Positions 37,265 to 45,418 of a stretch of DNA of 64,000 nucleotides are shown in pieces. Source of the stretch: a virus. Position numbers and translations under genes: made by a program. Numbering within the stretch: position 1 is the first letter of the stretch; the number at the start of each line of letters is the position of its first letter. The notes under the pieces were generated by a model. The model was not told where the DNA came from and did not search any database. It saw only the letters and a program-made list of their open reading frames with translations. The stretch covers positions 121,438 through 185,437 of the IMG/VR virus record IMGVR_UViG_3300034684_000299. One strand, 5' to 3'.

Positions 37265-37465
37265 GTGTATAGAATGTATTTTGATGACGGAACAGCTAAG
37301 TATTTTGAATATGACCCATTTGATAATGGAAGCACAGCGAAACCATGTATATACGATCCATTCGATAACGGAAGTACAGCAAAACTATTCTTTTATGATC
37401 AATTAATCTTTGACCCATTCACAAATGATGAAAACTCAATCAAGCATATTATCATTAATTTCTAA
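37265..37465 (+). CDS. Small protein with 14-aa tandem repeats
   Basis: YDPFDNGSTAK twice plus partial copies; RBS AAAGGAGG. Confidence 0.65.
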   Translation: MYRMYFDDGTAKYFEYDPFDNGSTAKPCIYDPFDNGSTAKLFFYDQLIFDPFTNDENSIKHIIINF

Positions 37466-37597
37466 TACTTTTTGAATGATTTGTTCTTTACTGTACTTAT
37501 TTTTTTCTGCTTCCTTTAGAAAATCTATTTCTTCTTCAGATATATCATACCCTTCTATTGCTAGGGTATTCTTTATGTACTCAATTTTATCATACAT
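37436..37597 (-). CDS. VbhA-like antitoxin (53 aa, absent from ORF track)
   Basis: MYDKIEYIKNTLAIEGYDISEEEIDFL carries an (S/T)xxxEG-type motif; RBS GGAGG. Confidence 0.5.
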   Translation of the reverse strand: MYDKIEYIKNTLAIEGYDISEEEIDFLKEAEKNKYSKEQIIQKVLEINDNMLD

Positions 37598-37616
37598 AAT
37601 TTAACCTCCATACAAA

Positions 37617-38543
37617 TCAAAAGTTTCTAATAATTAATTCATTAATTTCTCCTCGTTTGTTTGGGTCACTGTTGATAGATCTCTTTGCTTTTATTCTCTC
37701 TATTGTATATCCAGCATATAACTCTTCAAAGAAATTATCGTCTGGGTTTGTATTCTTAGGATCAGAATTACTCAACAACAAATATGCCCCTTTCTCATCC
37801 ATTCTTTTAAAGAATTCTGCTAACCTTTTTTGCTCATTATCATCAAATACATCGTTACTATAATTATTAAAATTTGATGTAGTATTCAATGGACGATAAG
37901 GTGGGTCTAAGTATACTAACGTATTTTCCTTTATATATTTCTCACTTTGTTCAAAATCACCACAAATAATTTCTGCTTTTTGCAATGCTTTACTGGCAGC
38001 TAGCAATTCGTCAACATCATAAATATTACGTTTCTTATAAGTACCCATAGGCACATTGAATTCACCATTTTTATTCACTCTATACAATCCGTTGAAACAT
38101 GTTTTGTTTAAGAAAATAGTATCAGCAGCTCTTTGAATCCAAGATTCACTAAACTTTTCGTAATCAAAATTATTTCTTTCCTTATTGTACCTGTCTCGGA
38201 TAAAATAATAATAAGCTTCAACATCGGCATAAGGTGCTTCGTTGTATATAGAATTATACATACTCAACAAATCAATTAATTTTGAAACGTTGTGTTTGAC
38301 GACTTTATAGGTTAAAATAAGATCTTTGTTGATATCTAACAAATAGTATTGTTTGATGTTGGTGCTATTTCTTAACATAAAGAAGAAAGCACCTCCACCC
38401 AGGAATGGTTCTACATATCTATTTATCTTTTTCACTGGAACCCTTTTATACAATTCTTCTAATATTTGAGTTTTACCACCAGCCCAATGTAGAAATGGTT
38501 TTGCTAAAACAAATTGATTGAATAAAGTATTCATAGTAAACAC
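37617..38543 (-). CDS. dam: Dam/DpnM-family DNA adenine methyltransferase
   Basis: KPFLHWAGGK, EPFLGGGA, LNKTCFNGLYRVN, DPPY. Confidence 0.95.
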   Translation of the reverse strand: MFTMNTLFNQFVLAKPFLHWAGGKTQILEELYKRVPVKKINRYVEPFLGGGAFFFMLRNSTNIKQYYLLDINKDLILTYKVVKHNVSKLIDLLSMYNSIYNEAPYADVEAYYYFIRDRYNKERNNFDYEKFSESWIQRAADTIFLNKTCFNGLYRVNKNGEFNVPMGTYKKRNIYDVDELLAASKALQKAEIICGDFEQSEKYIKENTLVYLDPPYRPLNTTSNFNNYSNDVFDDNEQKRLAEFFKRMDEKGAYLLLSNSDPKNTNPDDNFFEELYAGYTIERIKAKRSINSDPNKRGEINELIIRNF

Positions 38544-38658
38544 CTCCTTATAACTTAATTATACACTTTTTATCAGTCTTTTCTACTACAAAAATGTAAA
38601 AAAAAGGCCAAGGCTCTCAAAGAACACCCTGGCACAGACTATAGGCTTTTGTGTTATT

Positions 38659-39255
38659 CTATTTTTTCTTAAGATAATCATAAGCATCTGCTGACGACAT
38701 GTTCATAACCATAGTTCGTTCTTCTGGTGTTAATTTTTCTATTTTCCTTTGTAATTCATAATTTTGTAATTTTGTACCAAGATAATATCCTAATCCACCT
38801 GCAGTTGCACCTATTGCAGAACCTAAAGCAACAGATGGACCTAATACTTGTTTTGTTTGATATTTCATACTTGTATTTGTCTGTTTAGCTCTTGTGGCAC
38901 CTGAAAGTGGAGCTGAAAGCACTCCTGCAATACCTCCAAGAATTCCCATGTCAACAGCACCTTCAATAGCCTGTTGATATCCATAGGGTTTATGCTTTTC
39001 GATATAATCAGATACTTGCATAGTAGTAGGAGGTAATGGTTTAGCTGTAGATAGCCATTCTTCTTCTGTCATTGTTCCACTTTGTTTGATTTTTTGCAAT
39101 TCACGATTATATTCCTCAATAGCAAGTTTATTAGCTTCTTTAGGAGTATATCCTTGGTTCAAATATTTCACTTGCAAACTGGCTAACATTTTACCTCGTT
39201 TTGTCCCAATATTATCCTCTGAAGCCGCTGTCTTAATAAATTCGTCACTTATCAT
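38659..39255 (-). CDS. KTA-leader glycine-zipper protein
   Basis: MISDEFIKTAA; paired Gly-rich helices; C-terminal LTPEER...YDYL. Confidence 0.8.
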   Translation of the reverse strand: MISDEFIKTAASEDNIGTKRGKMLASLQVKYLNQGYTPKEANKLAIEEYNRELQKIKQSGTMTEEEWLSTAKPLPPTTMQVSDYIEKHKPYGYQQAIEGAVDMGILGGIAGVLSAPLSGATRAKQTNTSMKYQTKQVLGPSVALGSAIGATAGGLGYYLGTKLQNYELQRKIEKLTPEERTMVMNMSSADAYDYLKKK

Positions 39256-39277
39256 TTTATTTTCCTCTCCTTATTGT

Positions 39278-39292
39278 AGATAACAAATGTAT
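39278..39292 (-). promoter_or_regulatory. Conserved upstream motif (GGT)ATACATTTGTTATCT, copy 1
   Basis: Four copies, each 22-37 nt upstream of a minus-strand start in this cluster. Confidence 0.65.
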
Positions 39293-39303
39293 TCTATTAA
39301 AAA

Positions 39304-39720
39304 TTAAATATTCAATAAATATTGATATACTTGTTCAGGTGGCAAATTCATTAATTGATCTCTAGCTTGATCTGAAAGTCTGTTCAAATTATATAAAATT
39401 CTATTTTTTATTTTCTTTTCATAAGCTTTCTGTCCAGCGTATCCCGCAAGCCCACCTATAGCAGCACCAGCTATAGCAGCTCCAGGGGCAACAGTGCCTA
39501 CAACTTTACCAGCTCTGGCTGCAGCTGTGTCTCCAGGCATATTTTTATTTAAGGCACCGCCTGCTGCTCCACCTATAAGACCTGACAATCCCCCCATTGT
39601 AGCTCCAGTAGCAGCTCCTAAAGCACCTGCAGCACCACTAGATGATGGCAAATATGGTGATAAATAATTCAAAACTTCTTCTGAACTTGCGGCTGTTTTA
39701 ACAAATTCATTTCTTATCAT
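39304..39720 (-). CDS. KTA-leader glycine-zipper protein
   Basis: MIRNEFVKTAA; GAAGALGAATG; C-terminal LMNLPPEQVYQYL. Confidence 0.8.
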   Translation of the reverse strand: MIRNEFVKTAASSEEVLNYLSPYLPSSSGAAGALGAATGATMGGLSGLIGGAAGGALNKNMPGDTAAARAGKVVGTVAPGAAIAGAAIGGLAGYAGQKAYEKKIKNRILYNLNRLSDQARDQLMNLPPEQVYQYLLNI

Positions 39721-39735
39721 TTCATTTCCTCCTTT

Positions 39736-39891
39736 TTATCTCAAATTATAATAATAATATTCTTCCTCATCTTGCAAACTAAGAAATGGAAACCGAGTAT
39801 ATTGCATTGAACTAAGTTCAACTTCTGCATACGTTCCTTCTTTAGTTAACTCCAAAAAAGTCAAAATATCTTTTTCTTTTTCCTCTAACAT
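39736..39891 (-). CDS. Small acidic hypothetical protein
   Basis: Start moved to MLEEK after GAAGGGA; preceded by the conserved motif. Confidence 0.55.
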   Translation of the reverse strand: MLEEKEKDILTFLELTKEGTYAEVELSSMQYTRFPFLSLQDEEEYYYYNLR

Positions 39892-39912
39892 ATATATCCC
39901 TTCTTTATCTAC

Positions 39913-39930
39913 AGATGACAAATGTATACC
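39913..39930 (-). promoter_or_regulatory. Conserved upstream motif, copy 2
   Basis: GGTATACATTTGTCATCT on the minus strand. Confidence 0.65.
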
Positions 39931-39935
39931 TTTTT

Positions 39936-40142
39936 TTATTCTTCAATTGTTGGAGTTTCAGCTGCTATAGTGCTCATACTCTTAGTTTTAGCGTTTTCTA
40001 ACAAGATCTGATCAGCTAACTTGTTTGCTTCTTCTAAAGATTTGCCTTCAAGCAATAATTGATTGACTATCTGCCTGTGCTCTTCGTTTCTGTTAGGATA
40101 TATGTCTTCTTGAGAGGTTTTCATAAATAAATCTTTTAACAT
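39936..40142 (-). CDS. Small KTA-leader-type protein
   Basis: MLKDLFMKTSQ; EGKSLEEANKLA resembles QGYTPKEANKLA in 38659. Confidence 0.7.
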   Translation of the reverse strand: MLKDLFMKTSQEDIYPNRNEEHRQIVNQLLLEGKSLEEANKLADQILLENAKTKSMSTIAAETPTIEE

Positions 40143-40178
40143 TTATATTCCTCCATTCTCTTATCTTTGTCTATCCAA

Positions 40179-40196
40179 ATATAACAAATGTATACC
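40179..40196 (-). promoter_or_regulatory. Conserved upstream motif, copy 3
   Basis: GGTATACATTTGTTATAT on the minus strand. Confidence 0.65.
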
Positions 40197-40199
40197 TTT

Positions 40200-40328
40200 T
40201 TATTTATTAACCAAACCAGTTCCGTCTGCTCTACCCTGTCCAGGGCCTAATCCTCTGCCATGAGGACCTGTTCCGTCCCAGGGCCTAACCCTGCTTGTGC
40301 TGTTTTTTTTAAATAGATCTCTTAACAT
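40200..40328 (-). CDS. Gly-rich microprotein (42 aa, absent from ORF track), DGTGP repeat type
   Basis: GGAGGTG RBS; MLRDLFKKNSTSRVRPWDGTGPHGRGLGPGQGRADGTGLVNK. Confidence 0.6.
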   Translation of the reverse strand: MLRDLFKKNSTSRVRPWDGTGPHGRGLGPGQGRADGTGLVNK

Positions 40329-40379
40329 GTTGCACCTCCGTTTTTTTCTATTTGTATGCGTAATTAAAGTGCCTTTAAC

Positions 40380-40856
40380 TTATGTTCTTGCATATTTTGG
40401 ATTTGTGGCTTGCAAATATTTAATTAAACTCTTTTTTTGTTCTTCTGGTGGTAACTGAAGTATACGTTTTAATTCTTCTTCAGGAATATTTTGAATAGCC
40501 TTTTTAAAATCTTTATTTATTTGGTTTTCAATAACTTTTTTACCTGCTAAGACACCTAAATTACTTCCCAAATAACCTGCTCCGGCTCCTACTAATGCAC
40601 CCGCTCCCATTTGAACAGGATCTATTCTACCGGGAATCGAACCACCAGGAACTACTTTAGCAGGAATTACTCCTTGATGAAGAGCACCTATTAAAGAGCC
40701 AAAGGCTGTTCCTGTTGCAATAGCAGATTTTTTCTTTCCTGGAAACAATTGATCAAATTCTTTCCATGTAGGATCGAATTTGACATTCTCATAATATGCT
40801 TGCTGTTCTGGGGTTAAATTGACTTTTGCTGTTTTAACAAATTCGTCTCTTACCAT
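40380..40856 (-). CDS. KTA-leader glycine-zipper protein
   Basis: MVRDEFVKTAK; Gly-rich helices; IPEEELKRILQLPPEE. Confidence 0.8.
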   Translation of the reverse strand: MVRDEFVKTAKVNLTPEQQAYYENVKFDPTWKEFDQLFPGKKKSAIATGTAFGSLIGALHQGVIPAKVVPGGSIPGRIDPVQMGAGALVGAGAGYLGSNLGVLAGKKVIENQINKDFKKAIQNIPEEELKRILQLPPEEQKKSLIKYLQATNPKYART

Positions 40857-40895
40857 ATTTTTCTCCCCTTTGTTTTTTAAGTAATATAATTCGAT

Positions 40896-40912
40896 TTAAT
40901 TATAACATGTGG
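40896..40912 (-). promoter_or_regulatory. Promoter motif CCACATGTTATAATTAA, copy 1
   Basis: Extended -10 (TG-T-TATAAT); identical at 63641-63657. Confidence 0.6.
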
Positions 40913-40984
40913 ATTAAACAATAAAAGTAAAAGTGGCTTTTGAAAGATTAAAAAATACCTTGTTATTAAGGAAATTTGTAATTA

Positions 40985-41110
40985 GGTAGTGGGGTAATGG
41001 CGCTACCGTGAACTAGTATTCACTATACTGGTTCATTGACCTTGGAGAAAGACTCCAAGCGACCATCAGAAAAGGCCGAGAAGAGGAAATTAGTCCTCTT
41101 CTCTTTTTTT
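40985..41110 (+). ncRNA. Candidate structured small RNA of unknown family
   Basis: GC-enriched non-coding stretch with three hairpins and a GAGAAGAGGA/TCCTCTTCTC terminator with T-tract. Confidence 0.45.
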
Positions 41111-41147
41111 TACAAATTTGAATAGAAAGAAGTAATTAAATAAAACA

Positions 41148-41175
41148 CTCTGCCTTAATTGGCAGAGCTTTTTGC
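41148..41175. terminator. Hairpin terminator, possibly bidirectional
   Basis: CTCTGCC-ttaatt-GGCAGAG with T-rich and A-rich flanks. Confidence 0.6.
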
Positions 41176-41289
41176 TTTTCCTTTTTTTTACTCTGTAGTG
41201 ACACTTTTTGTTTATCCTCTCCTAAGAGAGTACAAAACGAAATTGCTATTAAATCTATATTGCTGTTTTTCGGGGTGTAGTGACATTTT

Positions 41290-41616
41290 TCAGTAGAGGT
41301 TTCTCATTATGTATCCAAAAAAAGAGGCTTCGTTCTTGTTAAGATATTCTTCCATAGCTTCTTTTGCAACATCAGGAGGCATTTGTAATAGCTTCCTAAC
41401 TTCATCATCAGGTAGAAGATCTATCAATGAATCTATGGATTTTTTGTTGAATTTCATATCTAATACTTCCATCTCATAAGAATTTGGTTTCTTGCTTACA
41501 TCAGTAACAAAACTATATTCGTAAGGGTTCCGCGCTTTGAGTATGTGGTTCTTTAGCTTTTTTCTATCATCATTGAATATCCCCATGCCAATTTTAATAA
41601 ATTCATCCTTTATCAT
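41290..41616 (-). CDS. KTA-leader-type protein without glycine zipper
   Basis: MIKDEFIKIG; C-terminal LPDDEVRKLLQMPPD. Confidence 0.75.
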   Translation of the reverse strand: MIKDEFIKIGMGIFNDDRKKLKNHILKARNPYEYSFVTDVSKKPNSYEMEVLDMKFNKKSIDSLIDLLPDDEVRKLLQMPPDVAKEAMEEYLNKNEASFFGYIMRNLY

Positions 41617-41648
41617 TTTCGTTCTCCCCTCAATTATTTGTCTATTAA

Positions 41649-41666
41649 AGATAACAAATGTATACC
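41649..41666 (-). promoter_or_regulatory. Conserved upstream motif, copy 4
   Basis: GGTATACATTTGTTATCT on the minus strand. Confidence 0.65.
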
Positions 41667-41680
41667 TTTTTTTATTCCAA

Positions 41681-43645
41681 TTACATCTTGTAAGTCACCA
41701 AATAATTATATGTAAGATAGGCATTTGTTGGGTTTGATATTCTTATTTTCCTTCTTTTTCTTTCTATCCCATGTTCATCATAGTATATTTCTTCGTCATC
41801 TCCCTGTATCGGTAATCCTCCTCCTTCTATATCTCCTACTACTGTAACATGTATAAAGTCTATATTATCATACGGCATTAGATAGCTTTCCCCTGGTCCC
41901 AACGTTTTGGTTCCTATTCTTATTTGCGTTGGTATTATCGCATCTGCTGTACCGTTGTCATGGTATACATTCAATCCCGATACGTATTTTTGGTCTTCTG
42001 TTATATTGTTTTTGTTTCTGAATGTACTGTCCATTTCACCTGCTCTGTAATATCTTTCATCATGATTATGCCCTTCTAGAGCAAACTCTCCTATTTCTTT
42101 ACCGTCCAGTCTGAATGAAGCAACAGCCGTGTCTTCTTTTGATAAGTATTCTATTAGATTTCCTTCTTCATCATAATGGTCTGTATGCCCTTTTAATGCA
42201 AAGTCTTCCATTCCATACGTTTGTCCATTTATGTTGTCATAGAATCTTTCAGCACCCTGTGGAGTATCTGTTTGTTGCATGTATACATTATCATGATTGT
42301 GCCCTATTGCTGCAAAGTCTTCAGTAGTGTATAGCCTGTAAAAAGCGTTGTTTGTTTTGTCTACTAAATAAGGCAATCCATTTACGTATTCTATACTTGA
42401 TTTCGTTTTGTTGCTGACTAGTGTCGTTAATATCCCTAATAATTCAGGATCTGTTATCTTTTCTCCCAATATGTATCTAGCTTCTAAGTTTGGTAAGTCT
42501 TCTATCTTTACATATCCTTCATTGTCATGGTTGTGGTCTTTAGCCGCAAAGTCTTCTGGAAAGTATTTCTTCCCTGTGTCTTTGTCTATTAGACTTAATA
42601 CATCTTCTACCGCTTCATCTATTCTTACATACTGTTTATGGCTTTCATATACTTCCTCATGCCCTTCAGTTGCTATGTCTTCAGCCGAATGTGGCTCTTC
42701 ATTTTCATCTAGAATGTAATCTGCATACTGTGTTTCAGGCACTATGTACTTTATCCCATTCAACGGTTTGTCTTCTAAAATAGCATTCCTTTTGCCTTCA
42801 ACCGTGTTTGAACTGGAATTGATTATGTTTATGTTCAGCATGAGGTCATCAGCCCATTCTTCCATTTGCTCTATGTCTGCTTCTTGCAGTTTGTCTATAT
42901 TTAACGTTCCGTATATTAACTCTCCAAACTTGTAAATAGTATCAAATAGTTCTTTGGCATCATCAGTAGCATCTTCATCCATCATGTACATCGCATATTT
43001 CTGTCCTAATAGTCCAACAAGAGTCTTTGTATATTCCTTTACTAGAGAATCTTCCTTGGCTATGTTGTATATCACATCAAATGATTGATATTCCTCTATA
43101 TCATTGACTATTGCTCTTCTTTCAGTCTTCCATTGCTTAAACTTTTCTTTCATGTAAACACGCACACTGAAGATAGTAGCTAATAGGAAGAAATCTTCAA
43201 TTAATTGCTGTTTGTAACCGCTGCCGAAGCGATTTAATGCGGATTCTGGATCAGTGGTATTTATGTAAATATAAGGTAAAATTTTTGTGTTCGCAGAAGT
43301 CTGCACCCCGTAGAAACCCTGCATTAATTCAGCATAAAAGAAGGAAGTAGCAAAAGTTAGCTCATCGCTGTTTTGAGCGTAATCATCGGCTCCAGTGATA
43401 ATTTCCTTTAACTGCCGTAATAATTCATCGAATTTTAATCCATCAGAACTTTTCAAAGGATGGTCAGCAGGTAGAGGTTCCATATAAGTTAATAGGTATC
43501 CTTGCACACGCCCATTGTTATAATTAGCAAGTGTATAATCAATAGCCTGTTTAATCCCTTGGTAAGTAAGTTTAGTGGCTACTGAATTCATTGGAGGTAT
43601 ATATACTTTATAAGGGTTCAATATGTTTATATATTCATTTAACAA
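41681..43645 (-). CDS. Tail-fibre-like protein with H-x-H repeats
   Basis: DFAAKDHNHD, DFAAIGHNHD, DFALKGHTDH, EFALEGHNHDERY. Confidence 0.55.
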   Translation of the reverse strand: MLNEYINILNPYKVYIPPMNSVATKLTYQGIKQAIDYTLANYNNGRVQGYLLTYMEPLPADHPLKSSDGLKFDELLRQLKEIITGADDYAQNSDELTFATSFFYAELMQGFYGVQTSANTKILPYIYINTTDPESALNRFGSGYKQQLIEDFFLLATIFSVRVYMKEKFKQWKTERRAIVNDIEEYQSFDVIYNIAKEDSLVKEYTKTLVGLLGQKYAMYMMDEDATDDAKELFDTIYKFGELIYGTLNIDKLQEADIEQMEEWADDLMLNINIINSSSNTVEGKRNAILEDKPLNGIKYIVPETQYADYILDENEEPHSAEDIATEGHEEVYESHKQYVRIDEAVEDVLSLIDKDTGKKYFPEDFAAKDHNHDNEGYVKIEDLPNLEARYILGEKITDPELLGILTTLVSNKTKSSIEYVNGLPYLVDKTNNAFYRLYTTEDFAAIGHNHDNVYMQQTDTPQGAERFYDNINGQTYGMEDFALKGHTDHYDEEGNLIEYLSKEDTAVASFRLDGKEIGEFALEGHNHDERYYRAGEMDSTFRNKNNITEDQKYVSGLNVYHDNGTADAIIPTQIRIGTKTLGPGESYLMPYDNIDFIHVTVVGDIEGGGLPIQGDDEEIYYDEHGIERKRRKIRISNPTNAYLTYNYLVTYKM

Positions 43646-43662
43646 GACAAATCACTTCCTGT

Positions 43663-44082
43663 TTAGTCGGGTGATATTTCCAACAATAATTTTCTTAGAG
43701 TTTCTAAAGCAGAGTCCAGTTCTTGGTACAGATTGATATCCTTTTGTATTTCTGGTGTTTTGAGTAAGTATTCGCCGAATATGATGATCTTTAATATATT
43801 CTCTTCCAACTTTATTTCGTCTTCTAGCGATAGCAGATATGTATCTTCGTTTTCAAGATATGTAGAATATTCCTGGGATAATGTATTCAATGAATCTAAT
43901 AAGTCGTATGCAAACTCTTTTACATTAGTGACATCTGCCTTTTTGATTTTCTCATATGCCTTAGTTAAATTAGTAGTGTTTATTTTGTTTTCTTGATTTA
44001 AACTACTCAGGTGATAAAACAAGTATATTATGTTCACAATAAGTACGAAATAAAATAAGTCTATTCCTACAGATAGTATCAT
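43663..44082 (-). CDS. Membrane-anchored hypothetical protein
   Basis: Start moved to MILSV after AAGGGG; N-terminal TM helix. Confidence 0.7.
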   Translation of the reverse strand: MILSVGIDLFYFVLIVNIIYLFYHLSSLNQENKINTTNLTKAYEKIKKADVTNVKEFAYDLLDSLNTLSQEYSTYLENEDTYLLSLEDEIKLEENILKIIIFGEYLLKTPEIQKDINLYQELDSALETLRKLLLEISPD

Positions 44083-44221
44083 CTTTCTTACCCCTTTCCT
44101 TGCATTTTTTCTGTGTTTTTTTACGTGATTAAAAGGTAATAATTTGCATATAAACGAAACCCTATTTAACACTCTTTTTTCTAAGTTATACTATTGGAGC
44201 TTAACTGATACAAAGGAATAC

Positions 44222-44548
44222 TTATTTTCTTTTGTTACCTTCTATTTCTTTTAGTCTTTCGATGATATCGAATTCTTCTTTTTCTTCTTGATTGTACTCT
44301 GTATTATGTAATTGTCTTAATGTAAGTGCTATTCCCTCGAATATTTTAGCTAACTGGTCCTCTTGTTTATCTACTTCTTGTATATCCTCAGTATAGAACA
44401 AGAAGATTTTAGAAAACATTTGGGCTACCTGTTCAGGTTCTATTACTTTAAGGAGAGTCCACATAGCAAATTTCAATAATTTAGCAGCTAGCCATTTTAA
44501 AGTAGTTTTGAATACATGAACATATAAGAAATCAAGAACTTTCACCAT
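44222..44548 (-). CDS. Hypothetical protein
   Basis: RBS GGGGG; amphipathic N-terminus. Confidence 0.7.
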   Translation of the reverse strand: MVKVLDFLYVHVFKTTLKWLAAKLLKFAMWTLLKVIEPEQVAQMFSKIFLFYTEDIQEVDKQEDQLAKIFEGIALTLRQLHNTEYNQEEKEEFDIIERLKEIEGNKRK

Positions 44549-44552
44549 CCCC

Positions 44553-45383
44553 CTATTCCTCCCTTAAAGAAATTAAAGAAATGATCGTTTCGCCTATTTC
44601 TTTTATTTCCCGCCCCAAAAAATTTTGGTCGACAAGTGTAGTAAGATCCAACACCATGTTATCGAACATGATACGTCTTGGGAAATTGAAATCATAATAT
44701 TGCCCATCATTATTAATTCTAACATAAATGAAATTGGTTGAAGGTGAATAGACTACAACCGTACCAGTAATTGGGAACCCCGGTGCACCCAGCAATATAT
44801 TTATATAATTCTGCATATTAGAGATCGTAAACAGTTTGTCTTTTAAATATACTGCGAGTTTTATTTGAGTAGCAAAATAGTCCCAAGTATCTAATTCTTG
44901 AGAATAAGTTAATAAATTGTTTGGCTCGTTTCGAATAAAATTATCGTATAATTTCATTATCATTGAATTGGCTATTTTGACTTCTTTGAATTCTAAAATT
45001 ACATCTGTTATTGGCTCATAATATTTAAAATCTATCTCCCATAAAGTGTCTTTTAATTGTGGGGATTCTGCACTATAAGTAGGTAAACCCCTGTCATTAA
45101 CCAACTTCCCTATCTCTTGCCCATCTCCATATAGTATTACTTCAGTGAATGTAAAAGGTATAGAAAGATCTATGTTTACTATCCCACCACTGTAGCTGAC
45201 ATAATTTTCTTTGTTCACATCAACCATCCATTTATTGTATTTCCAGTAATTTGGGATGTCTAATACAGATTTTATTCCCCGCATGGTTTTTAAATTGTTG
45301 TATATATCAGTCATCATTGTGTTAGCAGGTTCTATTAATTGATAAGATACTTCTTTAATTGTGTTTTCTTTGAATATACTCAT
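44553..45383 (-). CDS. Hypothetical structural protein (baseplate region)
   Basis: 276 aa ORF following the baseplate-J-like gene. Confidence 0.7.
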   Translation of the reverse strand: MSIFKENTIKEVSYQLIEPANTMMTDIYNNLKTMRGIKSVLDIPNYWKYNKWMVDVNKENYVSYSGGIVNIDLSIPFTFTEVILYGDGQEIGKLVNDRGLPTYSAESPQLKDTLWEIDFKYYEPITDVILEFKEVKIANSMIMKLYDNFIRNEPNNLLTYSQELDTWDYFATQIKLAVYLKDKLFTISNMQNYINILLGAPGFPITGTVVVYSPSTNFIYVRINNDGQYYDFNFPRRIMFDNMVLDLTTLVDQNFLGREIKEIGETIISLISLREE

Positions 45384-45418
45384 TGTTAACGGTGAATGTA
45401 CACCTAGCCTCCTCCCGA

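Noticed and set aside
35227-38543. Complete type II restriction-modification systems
   Set aside because: No neighbouring ORF of suitable size or with recognisable nuclease motifs; flanking genes are 100 aa or shorter.
40985-41110. Hammerhead, HDV-like or tRNA identity for the candidate sRNA
   Set aside because: No CTGATGA/GAAA core, too few nucleotides inside the first stem for a nested double pseudoknot, and no cloverleaf.
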